Shown piece after piece: positions 25,968-39,187 of a stretch of 64,000 bases of DNA. Both the position numbers and the translations under genes were made by a program. Every line of letters starts with the position of its first letter. Position 1 is the first letter of the stretch. Source of the DNA: Eledone cirrhosa. Lineage: Eukaryota. A model generated the notes under the pieces. It was not told the origin of the DNA. It saw only the letters and a list, made by a program, of their open reading frames with translations, and did not search any database. Location: positions 286,502,001-286,566,000 of the forward strand of contig OZ024740.1 of assembly GCA_964016885.1 (NCBI GenBank). The letters run 5' to 3'.

Positions 25968-27490
25968 ATCATCATCATCATCATCATCATCATTTTACGT
26001 CCGCTTTTCCCTGCTTGCAAGGGTGGGACGGGTCTTATTCAGCACAGCATCTCTCCACTCGTCACGGTCCCTCGTCATCTCCACCGTGAGCTTCAATGAT
26101 CTGAGGTCTGTTCTCACCACCTCCGGCCATGTTTTTCGTGGTCTACCTCTACTACGTCTTCCTTCAACTGGCATTTCCTGGCACTTCTTCACCCATCGGT
26201 CATCCTCCATGCGCATCACATGTCCATACCACCTCAGTCTCCTCTCCCGTACACTACATTCTATCCCTCTCAGACACAGTTTCTCTCTCAACACATTTAT
26301 GCTGGGTCGTTCACGCACATTTACAATGCACATCCAACGGAGCATGCTTGCCTCATTTCTCTCCAGCCGTCGCATATCTTCTGCGGTAGCTGCCCATGTC
26401 TCACTACCATGCAGCATCGCGCTCCTCACACAGGCATCATACAACCGGCCTTTCGTACGCAGGGAGAAACCCTTCTTCGTCAACAGAGGAAGCAGCTCCC
26501 TAAACTTCTTCCAACCCGTCCTTATTCTAGATACTATGGCCTCGGAACACCCTCCTCCCATGCTAATCTGATCTCCTAGGTACCGGAAGCTATCCACCAC
26601 TTCTATAGCGCCCTCTCGCATTTGAAAAATGTGTCTATCAGTGCGACTTCTACTGTCTAATTTCCCTGTACATCTACTGCATACATATTTCTCCCTACCT
26701 GTTAGTTTGCCTGCTATCCCGCTACATCTCTTGTGTACCCAGGACCTACATTGTGTGCATTTTATAGAATTTATGCCAGTTCCTTTTCTGCATATCGAAC
26801 ATGGCCATTTCCCTGACGGAATCAGGGTTTTGTCCTCTTTTCTACTCATCAACACTTTTGTCTTAGCTAGATTTACTCTCAGTCCTCTTGCTTCCAACTG
26901 CTGTTTCCATAGCCGGAATTTATTCTCTAGCTCCTCTACTGATTCTGCCATAAGAGCCAGATCGTCAGCATAGAGAAGTTCCCATGGACAGCCAGTCTTA
27001 AACTCCTCTGTTATGGCTTGGAGGACTATAATGAACAAGAGCGGGCTGAGGACCGAACCCTGATGTACTCCTACTTGTATCTGGAATTCCTCACTAAACT
27101 CCATTCCTACCCTGACTTTACTGAGAGTACCTCTGTACAAAGTTTGCACTGTCCTTACAAGCCATTCCTCAACACCCAGCTTCCTTAGGGACCACCAGAT
27201 GACAGATCGGGGTACCCTATCAAAGGCCTTCTCTAGGTCAACAAAGGCCAAGTATAGTGGCTTATTCTTCTCTAAGAACCTCTCTTGCATTTGTCTCACC
27301 AAGAAGAGGGCATCTGTTGTACTCTTCCCAGGCACAAAACCAAACTGCATCTCATCTAGTTTGACCCTTTCTCTAATTAGTTGTGCTAAAATCCTTTCTG
27401 CCACTTTCATAACCTGATCTATCAGTTTTATACCCCTATAATTGCTCCTCTCCAAAGCATCCCCTTTACCTTTGTAGCAATTTATGAGAA
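25968..27490 (-). mobile_element. Young 5'-truncated RTE family A LINE; uninterrupted 486-aa RT/PHD/C-terminal frame
   Basis: ORF 25995-27455 with QFGF, DLEKAFD, QGSVLSP, YADD, PHD-like Cys/His cluster, FRYLG, RLRWYGH, GRPRKTW; (ATG)n tail; in (TA)n. Confidence 0.96.
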
Positions 27491-27666
27491 TATATATATA
27501 TATATATATGGAGAATAGAAATGAGTGTGTAATTGTTATTTAAAGTAACTTAAAATGCAGTCGGAATACGAAGAAAGCAAGAAGGGGGGGGGGCTCATCA
27601 GTTGTCTACTGGGGATCTAGGATATTTCTACGCTTTAAAGACAAGATACCACTTCACCCCAGGGCG

Positions 27667-27716
<50 letters not shown>

Positions 27717-27719
<3 letters not shown>

Positions 27720-27807
27720 TGGTATATATGGCATAACAAACCTGGATTCAAAATATTAAAATAGGTCAAAGCTATTGCCGTCATTATTGACGGCACGGAC
27801 CCACTAG
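27717..27807 (+). mobile_element. Helitron-like 3' terminus, possibly a 91-bp mini element
   Basis: Hairpin tgccgtca-ttat-tgacggca (27776-27795), then CTAG|t at 27804-27808; a|TC at 27717. Confidence 0.45.
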
Positions 27808-29900
27808 TTGTACTCTATGTTCTTGTGTTCAGGAGCAATACTTCTCACGTTTCTTTCATTGGTTCTGGATCAAAGTGGATTATTCGTACGATAGCCAGAT
27901 CTTCCAGACACAATTTGACAAATCATATGATACGAATATTCATATGGTGGAATAAACATGCCCATGTAATTAACCTGTTCCTTTTGACATACAGAAGTTA
28001 AACACTAATTCGTTCCATCAATTTATATAATTAAGATAATGCAATAAAACAACTTGAAACATTTCCATATACGTTTTGATTTGCAATAGCAAAGGCAACT
28101 AAAAAAAACAACATATGCCTCTTAAATGGATTAACTAACTAGATTGCAGAAGCAAGATGGATTTAATAAAAAGGAATTGGTTGAATAAGTAGAAAAATAT
28201 TATTTGCGAATTGTTTACATAGCTTGTGGTGTCACTGACATCACATTTCGGAGACATGTGTGCCCAAACCCCTCCCATTTGCCGGCGGACAAAGCAAACA
28301 GACTGTAATTTTCTCCACATATTATATGACACTGGAAGAGAGGAATCAGTCTGGAATCAGACTGATTCCATGCTGAGGAAAACGATTAAAATCTAGAGTA
28401 GATAGATATACTGACGTCTTAACTTGCATATAGCATAACGCTTATGTATAAATAATCGCTCTGTATTATAAATGTTTAGCTATTCAGGTTTACAGATATG
28501 CTAGAGAAATCTTGTTGAAAGTCAGTGATTAACGAGAGAATTTTTCAACCTAGATCCAAAATACATTCCAACAGGAATAAACACAAGCATATGATAGAAA
28601 GGATGGCTGGATATACATCTGATATCACGTGACAGGTGACCTCCCAGCTGCTCTTACTACTACTACTACCACTACTCTTCCTCCTCCTCTTTGATCAACA
28701 ACTGCTAGTCACCGTTCGACCGGTGAACTATATAGTCCAATTCGTATTGTTATTACTATGAGGTGTACTAAATATCAGCATCGATATTGTCTCCGACACC
28801 ACCACCACAATCATCACCATTATTATGATGAAGGTTTTTTTCTATACTGTCACCACCACTATTACTACTGCTGCTTGCTACTGTACGGAGGTCCGCAATT
28901 ACAGCAATAACTAGTTCACAAACAACAACAATAACAACCTTTCGAACGATTGTTTCACCCACAGCACCATTCTATGTTCTAAATTCCTATTGCAACAGCA
29001 GCAAGAATAACAACATCAGCAGTAGCTGTTACTACTATCACAATTATTACTACTATAATAACAATGTTAAAGACAGTTATTTTTTCTTCTTCGTAATCAT
29101 GAAAACTAGTATTTTTACTATTCTTTTCCTTACAAACTCTTCGCGATCGGACGACATTTTCCAAAGTCTCATCTCTTAAATTTCTCCGGACTGTTTATTT
29201 TTACACTTTAAAAGCTACTCCTAATTCTTCAATTAACGTATGTGACTACTGAACGATTAGGAAAATAACAGGAGCTTTGATAAAAGAGGTAAATATTTTT
29301 CCTTTTCTTTCTTCAATAATTACACTCTATTTCAGTATTGCGTACTTTCCCCCTTGTTTGTAAATTTAAACACACACACATATATATCGTGTTTGTATGT
29401 CTTGTTTATACGTGAGATCTTACTAAATTATCAAATATTTACCTTTGGTTTTCGTATTAAATCGAATCAAAATCTATATACTTCACTTCTGAATTATCAA
29501 TTTATTCAGCCATGTGGTTGTGTGTATGTAGTTTGATGTGTTCGAATTATAGTCATACGTATAAACCTGTCTTATTTGTATATGGGAAGTAAGGTGAGCT
29601 GATAATTTGGTATATAATATATGAAGTCGTATGTTAGTATTAATATTTAGCATTAAGTGAAATTATGCCCTATGTAGTATTAAATGAAATTCTCTATATA
29701 CCTTAATGTCTCGCTCACTCTCTCTCTCTCTGTGTCTCTCTACAGAGAGACATTAAGGTATATAGAGAATTTCATATATATATAGTGTTTAGGCAATCAT
29801 TAATAATAATTCCCCTAATGAATTCATTTATTGGCCACAAGAGCCGACCGAAATGAAAGTAGGTAGCATTTTATGTTGTCAATATTCATGATTGGTTAAT
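27720..29900. promoter_or_regulatory. CpG-retaining, mostly repeat-free region; possible promoter or first exon
   Basis: Visibly more CpG than the flanks; TGACGTC near 28412, TCACGTGAC near 28625, donor-like GAG|GTAAAT near 29289. Confidence 0.35.
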
Positions 29901-30117
29901 AAGAAAAGTAAAAATAATTGTTTCTACTTTAGGCACAAGGCCAGCAATTAACCAGTACATTACTGATAATACTTTTGATGTGATTTACTAACTTAGATAT
30001 ACAAATCAATTGGCTGTTCTTATTGTTATGATACTCTGAGGTAAATAAAAGAGAATGTTAAGCAATACAATATTGGCGACAAGAAAAGTTAGAAAAGTTA
30101 TAACGGTAATTTCTATT

Positions 30118-30160
<43 letters not shown>

Positions 30161-30629
30161 GTCATTAATTTGTCTTGTTGATTTTGTAGTAATAGAACAC
30201 ACTTATGCATATATGATGCTCATTCAATGTTATATACGCATTTCAAGTGGGGTAGTTTTAGTATATTTGTTTAAAACGTAAATACATACATGCACTCACT
30301 CACCCAGGGACTTACACAGATAGGTATATTATATCATCGGTAAAGATGATACCTAAATATTGATAGTTGTAACAATACACACATTGTTCTCATCTGTGTT
30401 ACACCACATGCACATTGTGACATTTACACATTAAAGTCCTTTTCGATACTCACATGCATTATATATCCTCATTACACCATAACATTCCATTTGTATTATG
30501 CACACATAAACCTATCCTTCATATGTGACATTCCCATATAGACATAGCTCTTACGCAATAATATTCTATTTTGCATTATACACTTGTAATACACACACAC
30601 ACACACATATATATATATAACAACACAGT

Positions 30630-33600
30630 TAAGGTCTTCTGGCTCATGGTTTAGTAAGTCTGTGTCTTTTTTAGAACTGTTCTGCTAGAGAATGTGTCGC
30701 AGGTGGTGGCTAACGATACGGCCACCAGATATGCTGGTTAGTTGCAATAATCGTGGGTTACTGCCGAGCAAATAAACAACCCCGGACCAACAGCGGTAAA
30801 CTATTAGGGGAGATAGAACAATGGGTGACACTGTTAGCTCCCAAGAAAACTCTCACAACCCAGTGATGTTGCTACGACGAAGCCTCTAAAAAAAGCCTAG
30901 TCTTTGTAGGTCTGAGAAAATTACCAAATTGGTGACTGGCTCGAATAAGACCACCAAAACACTGCAGTAAAACCAGAAACAATGAAGGCATTCATACCAC
31001 ATAGACCTTCATGCAGGATAACAAAGGACGCATTCAGGCTTTAGGTAGAGGGGCTGGCCTGTTCAAAAAATATATTACAGTCTCCATCCAATGCTGCAAG
31101 AACTGGCGATAGGCCTGCAAACTGTCCTGGGAGGCATGGGATGGATGTACAAAGGTTATCTATCCTGAGATATGAGAGAGGAGGTCAGATGTTACTGGTT
31201 AGATATAGTTGGGATTTCTTCAACAAAATTTCATGGCTCTGCTACTTTAGATTTGAATGAAGAATGGAAACTCCACTATTTAGATGTGGCAGCAGAAATT
31301 ACTGTGCAGGTTTGAGTGGGGATAGTCACAAGGCCCTAGCTGTCAGAATGTGTTATGGACTGGATCCCATTAGGAGGGAGGATTTGCCTCTTGAAGCTTA
31401 GACTAAAAGAAAAATCTCCATCGGTGGTGCAAGTTTATGTGACAAAGTGAACCCGAAACCAGATCCTTGCTTGATGAAGCCACTGTAGCATTAGATGTAG
31501 TTAAAACTGAGTCATATATCCTAATGAGGGACTTCATGATGGCACTGACCACCTGACATGGAAAGGAGTGATTGGAAGGAATGGCAATCTTGAACTACAT
31601 ACAAATGGAGACACTTTATTAGATTTCTGTTCTAGTAGTGGACTCTCTATTATGAACATCTTCCAGCACAAAGACATCCATAAATACACATAGTATAAGA
31701 GAAATCATGGACAGAGATCAGTATCTAGTTATATGCAACCTGAGAGTATCTAAAGTCAAGAAAACCCACAAAACAACCAGGTCCAGATTAACCTACAGGA
31801 TAAGGAAGTCAGAATCAGGTATGTGGATACTATTGCATCCAAATTCTGAGAACTCCCTGAGCAAACTCAGGATGTTGAAACAGAGTGGAGATTGTTCAGC
31901 ACGGCACTTTCTACTCCAGTTGTTGAATGGTGTGGGCGAAAGTGGTTTAGTGTGGCGCCGGGTGGCAAGAAGACCCCGTGGTTCAATCAAGTGGTCAAAG
32001 ATGCCATCTGAGCAAAAACGAATGCTTACAAAGCTTGACTTGGAAATCCCTCTTGCATTTGCAAGACCTTACCCAATTACACCTCTCAAAGGCGATGACA
32101 CACGACCGTGACCTCTGGCATCACGCAGTAATACAGAGTACCCAACCTCCCATGGGTACAAGCTGAAGCATATAGACAATATGCCCCCACACCCTCCCAC
32201 TGCAAGGTGGTCGTGGAGGTGCCACGGCAAAAAAGCACCCAGCCCACACTGTAAAGTGGACGTGTAGGCGCCACGAAAAAGCACCCAGCACTCACTGTAA
32301 ATGAGGTTGGTGTTAGGAAGGGCATCCAGCTGTAGAAATCAGTTCCTGTATGAGCAAGGCATGGTCAGCCGACCAGACACTGCCCACAACAGGACAACCC
32401 GTCTAACCCATGCTAGCGTGGAAGAACGAACGTAAAACGGTGATGATGATGATGATTTGCAGAGACAAAAAATTGCAGCAGAGGTACTAAATGTGTCCAA
32501 AGATAAGACATGGGAGGACTTTGGGGTTAAGCTGGAATCTGACTTCAAATCAGCAAATAGGAGACCATCTGCAGACTATGTAATAAGTCTTTTTCCACAC
32601 CTCCTATCAAGAATGCATCTGGGGTTCTCCCCTCATTAGAGAAGTGCATTCTTATGAGGTGGAGAGAATATTTTGCTGCTCTCCTAAACTTGGTTACAAC
32701 ACCATCTTCTGATGTACATGAGGTGCATCTAGGAGCAATGACTAACCTCCCAGAGGTTGAGGTCACAAGAGCAATTGTGGCAAGGTTTCTGGGGAGGATG
32801 AAAAGCAATCAAGAATGAAAATTCCAACTTTCAAAAAGTGAGATAGGAGAGATTGCTCTAATTATAGAGGCAGCTCCTTGTTGATTCTTCCTGATAAAGT
32901 CTATGCTAAGTGTCTGGTAAAGAGATGAAGGATATTGTTGAGTTCAAGGTAGCTGACAAACAGTATGGTTTTCACCCTGGACACAGCACAGTTAACCAAA
33001 TATTCACATTGCAGCAGGTCTTAGAGAAATTGTGGGAGTATTTCACAGACCCTGAAAGGGCATATGGCCACATTCCACAGAACTTGTTGTGGAAGGTTCT
33101 GCAGGAGTAAGGAATCAATGGACAGCTTCTTGTTGCCTTGATGTCTTTATACAAATATCTGATTATTAATGAAACCATTAAATGTGGGTGTTAGACTCTG
33201 ATAAGGGGGTATATTGTCCGCTCCCCTGTTCATAATCTTCATGAACAAGATCGACATGTGCAGCCAGGTTGGAAGTGGTATCAAGACTGGTGGGTGTAGG
33301 TTCAGTTGGTTGGAATTTGTGGATTACATAGTACTACTTAACTCATCAGAAGGTGATCTCTGACATGAACTTGATTGGTTTGTTGCTGAATACTGCAAAG
33401 CAGAGTTGAAAATCAGCGCTGAAAAGACTGAGACACTCATCCTCTGAAGGACGTCTGCTCAGTGCACTCTACATGTGAGTAAAGTTCCACTGAAGCAGGT
33501 AGAGGAGTTCAAGTATCTCAGGGCTTTGTTCTCGAGGGATGGAATGCAAGAAGCTGAATTAAGGGGAAGAATTGCAAGTGCTGGTGCAGTAATGTGCCAG

Positions 33601-33840
33601 CTTCAGCATCCAGTCATCAGAAGAAGGGCAGTAGGTGTAAAAACCAAACTCGCTATCTTCAATTTGGTATTTGTGCTAACTCTTACCTATGATCATGAAT
33701 CTTGAGCAATAACTGAAAGGATACGATCGTGGCTACAAGTGGCCAAAATGGGATTCCTCCAAAGGGTTTTTGGAGTAATGTTATTTGATAGAGTGCATAG
33801 CTCAGGGTGTCACTCCAGGTAGAGCTGCTACTCCTCTGAA
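30630..33840 (+). mobile_element. Old, heavily decayed near full-length RTE LINE (different family)
   Basis: EN remnants (ILMRDF, GVIGRNG), QYGFHPGHSTVNQIFTL, PLKQVEEFKYL, LTLTYDHES. Confidence 0.85.
32064..32456 (+). mobile_element. RTE family B-like 3' fragment nested in the old RTE
   Basis: LTQLHLSKAM..DRDLW, tandem UTR units, (GAT)n tail, atttgca duplication at 32057-32063/32455-32461. Confidence 0.85.
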
Positions 33841-34123
33841 TCACAGGTTATTGCTTTTCATACTTATGATCAAAAGTGTTCCAGCTGTAACCATCCTGTA
33901 TTTTTGTCCCATGTGTCCTTGCCTTTTTTACATGCTAGGATGTGATTTGATGGAGATTTGGCCTTTATTTTGAGCAGGTTGTATCACCTTGTTATTTTGT
34001 TTCATAGTTGGATCAGCAGAATTGTTAGAACGTTGGCGTATATGTTAGAGCTCTTGGCATTACTACAGTATATTGCATTTTCTCCCTCTTTGTTTCCTGA
34101 TAACTTTCTTAATAAGGCATATA

Positions 34124-34446
34124 CAGTAGAAACTCGGTTCATGAACACCTCACATCACAAAGAAATTGGTACACGAACGATTTTTCCAGACATAAAACAT
34201 CTTGGTTGACAAACGGTGTCTTAAGTAACAAACATGCAATTCGGCAATAACAGTTGGCGACAAGCTGGGAGTATTGATGGGAAAGTGTCACTCATATTGT
34301 AGTTAATTACTATGGTGGTATCTATCTATCTTTCACACAGTCTCTTTTCAACATTTCATATGGGAAAAATAGTTTCAGTTTATGAACATTTCGGATGACG
34401 AATGGCCTTCAGGAACGAATTATGTTCATGAACTGAGTTTCCAGTG
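34124..34446. mobile_element. pogo/Tigger-like MITE
   Basis: TA|CAGTAGAAACTCGGTTCATGAAC ... GTTCATGAACTGAGTTTCCAGTG|TA. Confidence 0.85.
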
Positions 34447-34977
34447 TATTAAGATAAGTTTTCGAATTTGTAGATTACAATTAGTTTGTTGAAATTAAAA
34501 ACATAGCAATTTAATTTTATTTAACTGCTTTTATGATTATATATTTCTGTTCATTAACAGTTTAATTTATTGAATATTTTCAACCTCTATTTACAGTAGT
34601 CTAAACATTAACCAGAGAAATTTTTTCATCATACTTTCTCCAGTTTTCTGTTGATAAATAATATCAATCAGGATAATGTCATATATGTTATACTCGAACA
34701 TGATGTGATGTAATTTCTATTAACTATTAACAGCTGGAAAAAAATAATGAATTTCATCAACATAATTGTAATCTACAACTTTGAAAATGTATCTGAAAAA
34801 TTTCATTAAAAAACTTTTTTAATTAAATTTTTTTAAGAAAGTTATAAATCAATTGTAGTTATGATGAGCTCTTTATGTTCTCAGTTCAGATGCAGTTGTG
34901 GTCAACTTTGCCTTTCATCCTTCTGGTATCGATAACAAAAAAAAAGAACTAGTCAAGTTCTGGTGTCTATATTCAAA

Positions 34978-35163
34978 TAATTGTTTCTACTTTAGGCACA
35001 AGGCCAGCAATCACCCAGTGCATTACTGGTACTTTATTTTATCGACCCCGTAAGGATGAAAGGCAAAGTCAACCTCGGCGGGATTTGAACTCAGATCGTA
35101 AAGGGACGTAACTATGCTGGAAAGCATGGCGTCCGACCCTCTACCGATACTGCCAATCCACCG
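34978..35163 (-). mobile_element. SINE family A, full length
   Basis: Flanked by ttcaaataat duplication. Confidence 0.92.
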
Positions 35164-36576
35164 TTCAAATAATGCATCTTAAATGTATATGGAATTATAA
35201 TAGATGAGCCAATTTTTGTGTCAAACTAAACTAGGAGCCTTGAGGCAGTTGTTCAACATGTTAGTAATAGCTGCCAAATCTTAAATTACACACCACTGAC
35301 TTATATTGATCTTAAATTACACCCTACTGCTTTATATAAGACATATTAGACAAAACAGATGGGATGGTCACTGTTAGACCTGAGGTTAATCAATGGCATA
35401 GTCAAATTTCCCTCAAATCACAATATACCATCTTAAAGCAAGAAAGACACTGGACAATGACATGATAAATGTCCAATCAGAACTGAACTGGGGCTAAATA
35501 ACAAGGTTTCTTTGAATAGTTAGCTGCAACTGATAAGTGATCTTACCTCTCAACTGTTTAATACTACAGAAATCACCACCCCAGTGAAGCACCAGGCCAG
35601 TAATTCCCAACTTGGGGCACACCCCACAGGGGAGCAATTTGAAAATGATGTTAATGACAGCAAACTTCAGGTTTTACCTTATTGCTTTTACACCAAGGCA
35701 ACTTTGGAACAAATTACTGTCGGAAACTCCTGTCTCAGCTCCTCCACACATGTTAATGTGCATCTGACATCACCCATACGCCAATTTGTTTAACCTTTGT
35801 AGTTGTTCATTGCTTTTTTTATATCAAAGTGGAGCATAAATATTTGAGATGTTGAGGTGGGGCATGGTGCACAAAAGGTTGGAAACCACTGCACTGGGCC
35901 TACATACACACATGTGTTTTTCTTTGGGCTGAATATTCTTGTTGGAATAGACAAAGTGGGGGTCTTAATGTCCATTCAGTAATATTAGGTAGGTGCCAGA
36001 CTTAGGGAGCACAACACAATAGCTGTAGTAAGATCTGACTGAACTTGTGGCCTTGTGGCTAGTACTTTAACTTCACAACCATTGTGTCTTCAATAAAGAA
36101 AAGAAAACAAACAAAAAATTACAATGTTGATAACTATAAACAATAGTTGAGCAGGGATCCCAGCAAGCACCTGTTCATTGTTTTCTGTCTCCAGGAGTAC
36201 TTTATCCAATTTATTCAACTATTATTTATAGTTATCAACTATTATTATAGTTATCTGAACTGTGGTGATGTCATTTTCAAATTTCCCAGTGCTTCATAAG
36301 TCAATTAAATTTTGTTTGTATGTGTGTGTGTGTGTCTATATCCTGTACAGTTAGTTGTTTGACAAAAAAGAGTACCAGACTTGAAAAATATGTACTGAGG
36401 TTGATGTGATCGTCTGTATCAAGACCACCCTGTCGCCACCCCCTCTTCAGCAGAGAAAAGAAAGCAGTTTTCCTATGTCTGGTGGCTTTGGTAAAAGAGG
36501 TTTTGTGGTGGACAAGACTGTGAGGTCTGAAAATAGACACATTCTTCAAATTTCACCTGCAAAGGATGGTGTAGAC

Positions 36577-36885
36577 CAGGCATGGACAACCTTTTTCGAG
36601 AAGCAGCCCGCATGAGATATGGCTCATCAACAGGTGGGCTGCAAGCACTAATTGACATTTGTGCCCACATTAAAAAGAAGGGCGGGTAATTCAGGTTGTT
36701 TTGATTTGTTTCTTCAGAATTGGTACACATTGTTTCCCTCGATCGTAAAAATGATAGAAATATAAATTACAACTGAAAAGTTGGGTTAAAAAAATCAGAA
36801 AATCTCACTTAGGTGACTTAGGCGAGTCATTCAGGAAGCTTTGCAGGCCGCATGCGGCTCGCAGGCTGCAGGTTGCCCATGACTG
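36577..36885. mobile_element. hAT (Charlie-like) MITE
   Basis: TIRs CAGGCATGGACAACCT/AGGTTGCCCATGACTG; perfect 8-bp TSD gtgtagac. Confidence 0.9.
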
Positions 36886-37289
36886 GTGTAGACAGAGAGG
36901 CAGGTGCTCTCCCCCAGTAAATTTATCAGAAGGTGGATGAAAGTAGCAAAAATTGCAAGAGTGAATGAGTCTGCTCTCAGTGTGTACCTGACAGTTGAGA
37001 GAGTGTATTCATCCTTGTTAGTCAGTGATTGTTGATCTGTAGTGTTCCCTGACTGCTCATATATTACATGGTTACTCAGTTCTTTGGGTACATTTGCATG
37101 AATTTAGTAAAAGACGCATAAGTAATAAAAGAAGAGCTTTGTTTGAGAAAAAAATTGGTATAATCCATCGATAGTATTAATGACTATATTAATGATATCG
37201 ATAGTATTAATGACAATACAAGCATGCCCAAATTAGATGACATTTATCTATTTGGGACATTGTACTAGTTATGGCAAACTTCGTAGATT

Positions 37290-38395
37290 TTACAGTACTA
37301 TAGAAGTGTTGACTTCCCTCTCTTATATGCCCCATAGCAGTCCAATGGATTCAGGTCTGGAGAGTTAGGAGGCTGTATGGTTGGAGTAACGTGATTGTGG
37401 AGATTGTAATTCATCCATTCTTGGATCGTCTTGGCCTTATGAGATGCTGCAGTCTTGTTGGTTGATGTATGGTCTTCTTTTGCTCACTCTCTCTATCCAA
37501 GGACTCACAATCCTCTCCAACACCTTCTTAAAGTGAGCAGCATTGACCCATAAGCCCCGAGGAAAGGAAGAGGCACAGCATCTCCCTTGTTGTTCATAAC
37601 TGTCAGAACCATTACTGTTTCTTGAAATTTTGTGTACATGATCGTTGGAACATCTTTAGAGTCTCTGCATAACCATCTGTCATTATTTTGGTTGACTTTT
37701 TTGTCATGATAAAAGATGTTCTCATCAGAGAAAAACCAACTCATTCCAGCCTCTTGGTGTTTCAACTTGCTTGACAAGTGCTTTGTGTGGATTAGATGGT
37801 TATCTTTTGTTTTCTCTGCATCACATATGACTTGTATCAAAGCTCCTTATGCACAGTTCTTCTGATAGTGTGCTTTGAAACCTTGAGCTCCTTAACCATT
37901 TAGAATTTAAACCAGCCATATCTGGCCAGAATTATCTCAATTCTTTCTGTTCAAACCAGTCGTAACTGGCCACTCATATTGATGTTAAAGTATTGTTCTC
38001 AAAATAAATAACATCAAATTCTCGTTGATACGATATTATATAAAATAAAGCCTTTACTACAAAAATGCAATAGTATATATATATAGAGAGTAATGTAAAT
38101 GCTAACTGGTTAACAACGGTGCTATTTGACTTTCTGAGCTTCTTATCGATAATTTTCTGCACATGTCAAATAAATTTGGGTGTTCCGATGGTATTAGGAC
38201 TCTTAGCATGCGTTTATGTTTGGCTACTGCTGTAGAATCCCTATCAGCAGCTTCCAGCTTTTTGTGAACTTTGACAACAAATGACCATGCAATTTTCAGG
38301 AAGCGTGCAATCTCTAAATCACTATGCTCTGCCTTTAAAGTAATGATTACAGCGTGCTTTTTAATTTGCTGGATTAGTTTGATGTCTCTTGTTAG
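37290..38395 (-). pseudogene. Tc1/mariner (maT/DD37D-like) transposase relic
   Basis: WFFSDE..F...KVN.NNDRWL..VP..M.TKF..VMV, PPNSPDLNPLD, N-terminal HTH (EHSDLEIARFLKI). Confidence 0.8.
37896..38109. mobile_element. piggyBac-like MITE nested in the mariner relic
   Basis: TTAA|CCATTTAGAATTTA ... TAAATGCTAACTGG|TTAA. Confidence 0.7.
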
Positions 38396-38973
38396 TTATC
38401 TGAAAAGAAATGATAATCAGAACAAGTTAAAAAAAGTTGGAGTTATTAAAAAATGTGTCTGCAAAGAATTGAGAAATCCTCTATATTTACCTAGATGGTA
38501 TATTTGTTACTCAATTTTTTCCTCGTTTCTATATAAACTCCCACCATGTTGTAATATGTCTTTATAATGCCTCCTTCATCTGATGTCCTTGTGGCAAATA
38601 AAAGAAATGTTATTCAGAATCATTAGAGTGTCAGACAGTGTTTTGAGGCATTATTTATGTTCACTATTTATGAGTCCAAATCCTGCTGAAGTCAACTTTG
38701 CCTTTCATCCTTTTGTGGTCGATAAAATAAAGTACCAGTAAAGTACTAGTGCCAGTATAACTGACTTTCTCCTATCCACAAATTGCAGGCCATGTGTCTA
38801 AATTAGAAACTTATTTCTATCATTATCGACTCCCCCCCCCCCTCCCTCTGCTACCACCACCACCTCCACCTGATTTTCATCTCCATCCATGAAACATTCC
38901 ATATCACTACTACCACCCAAATCACATTCTCATTAGTATGTAGGTTCTTCATTTTTCCATTCTTCATCTAAAC

Positions 38974-39156
38974 CAGAGGTTCTCAAACTCCCCACCCCTC
39001 CCACGGCCACATAATACCCTCAGCACCCTATTTCCAGAGAGACCTGTCTACACACAAATTGTAAATAATATAAATAAAATCGTTAATTTATATATCTATA
39101 ATAAATAATATAATATATACTATGTATAAATAATTATTATATCTTTTTTTCTTTTC

Positions 39157-39187
<31 letters not shown>

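Noticed and set aside
26023-27417. Long plus-strand ORFs overlapping the RTE (also antisense ORFs over the L1 and other RTEs)
   Set aside because: Antisense shadows of retroelement coding sequence.
27585-27640. CTGATGA on the minus strand near a GAAA
   Set aside because: Stems II and III cannot be formed convincingly.
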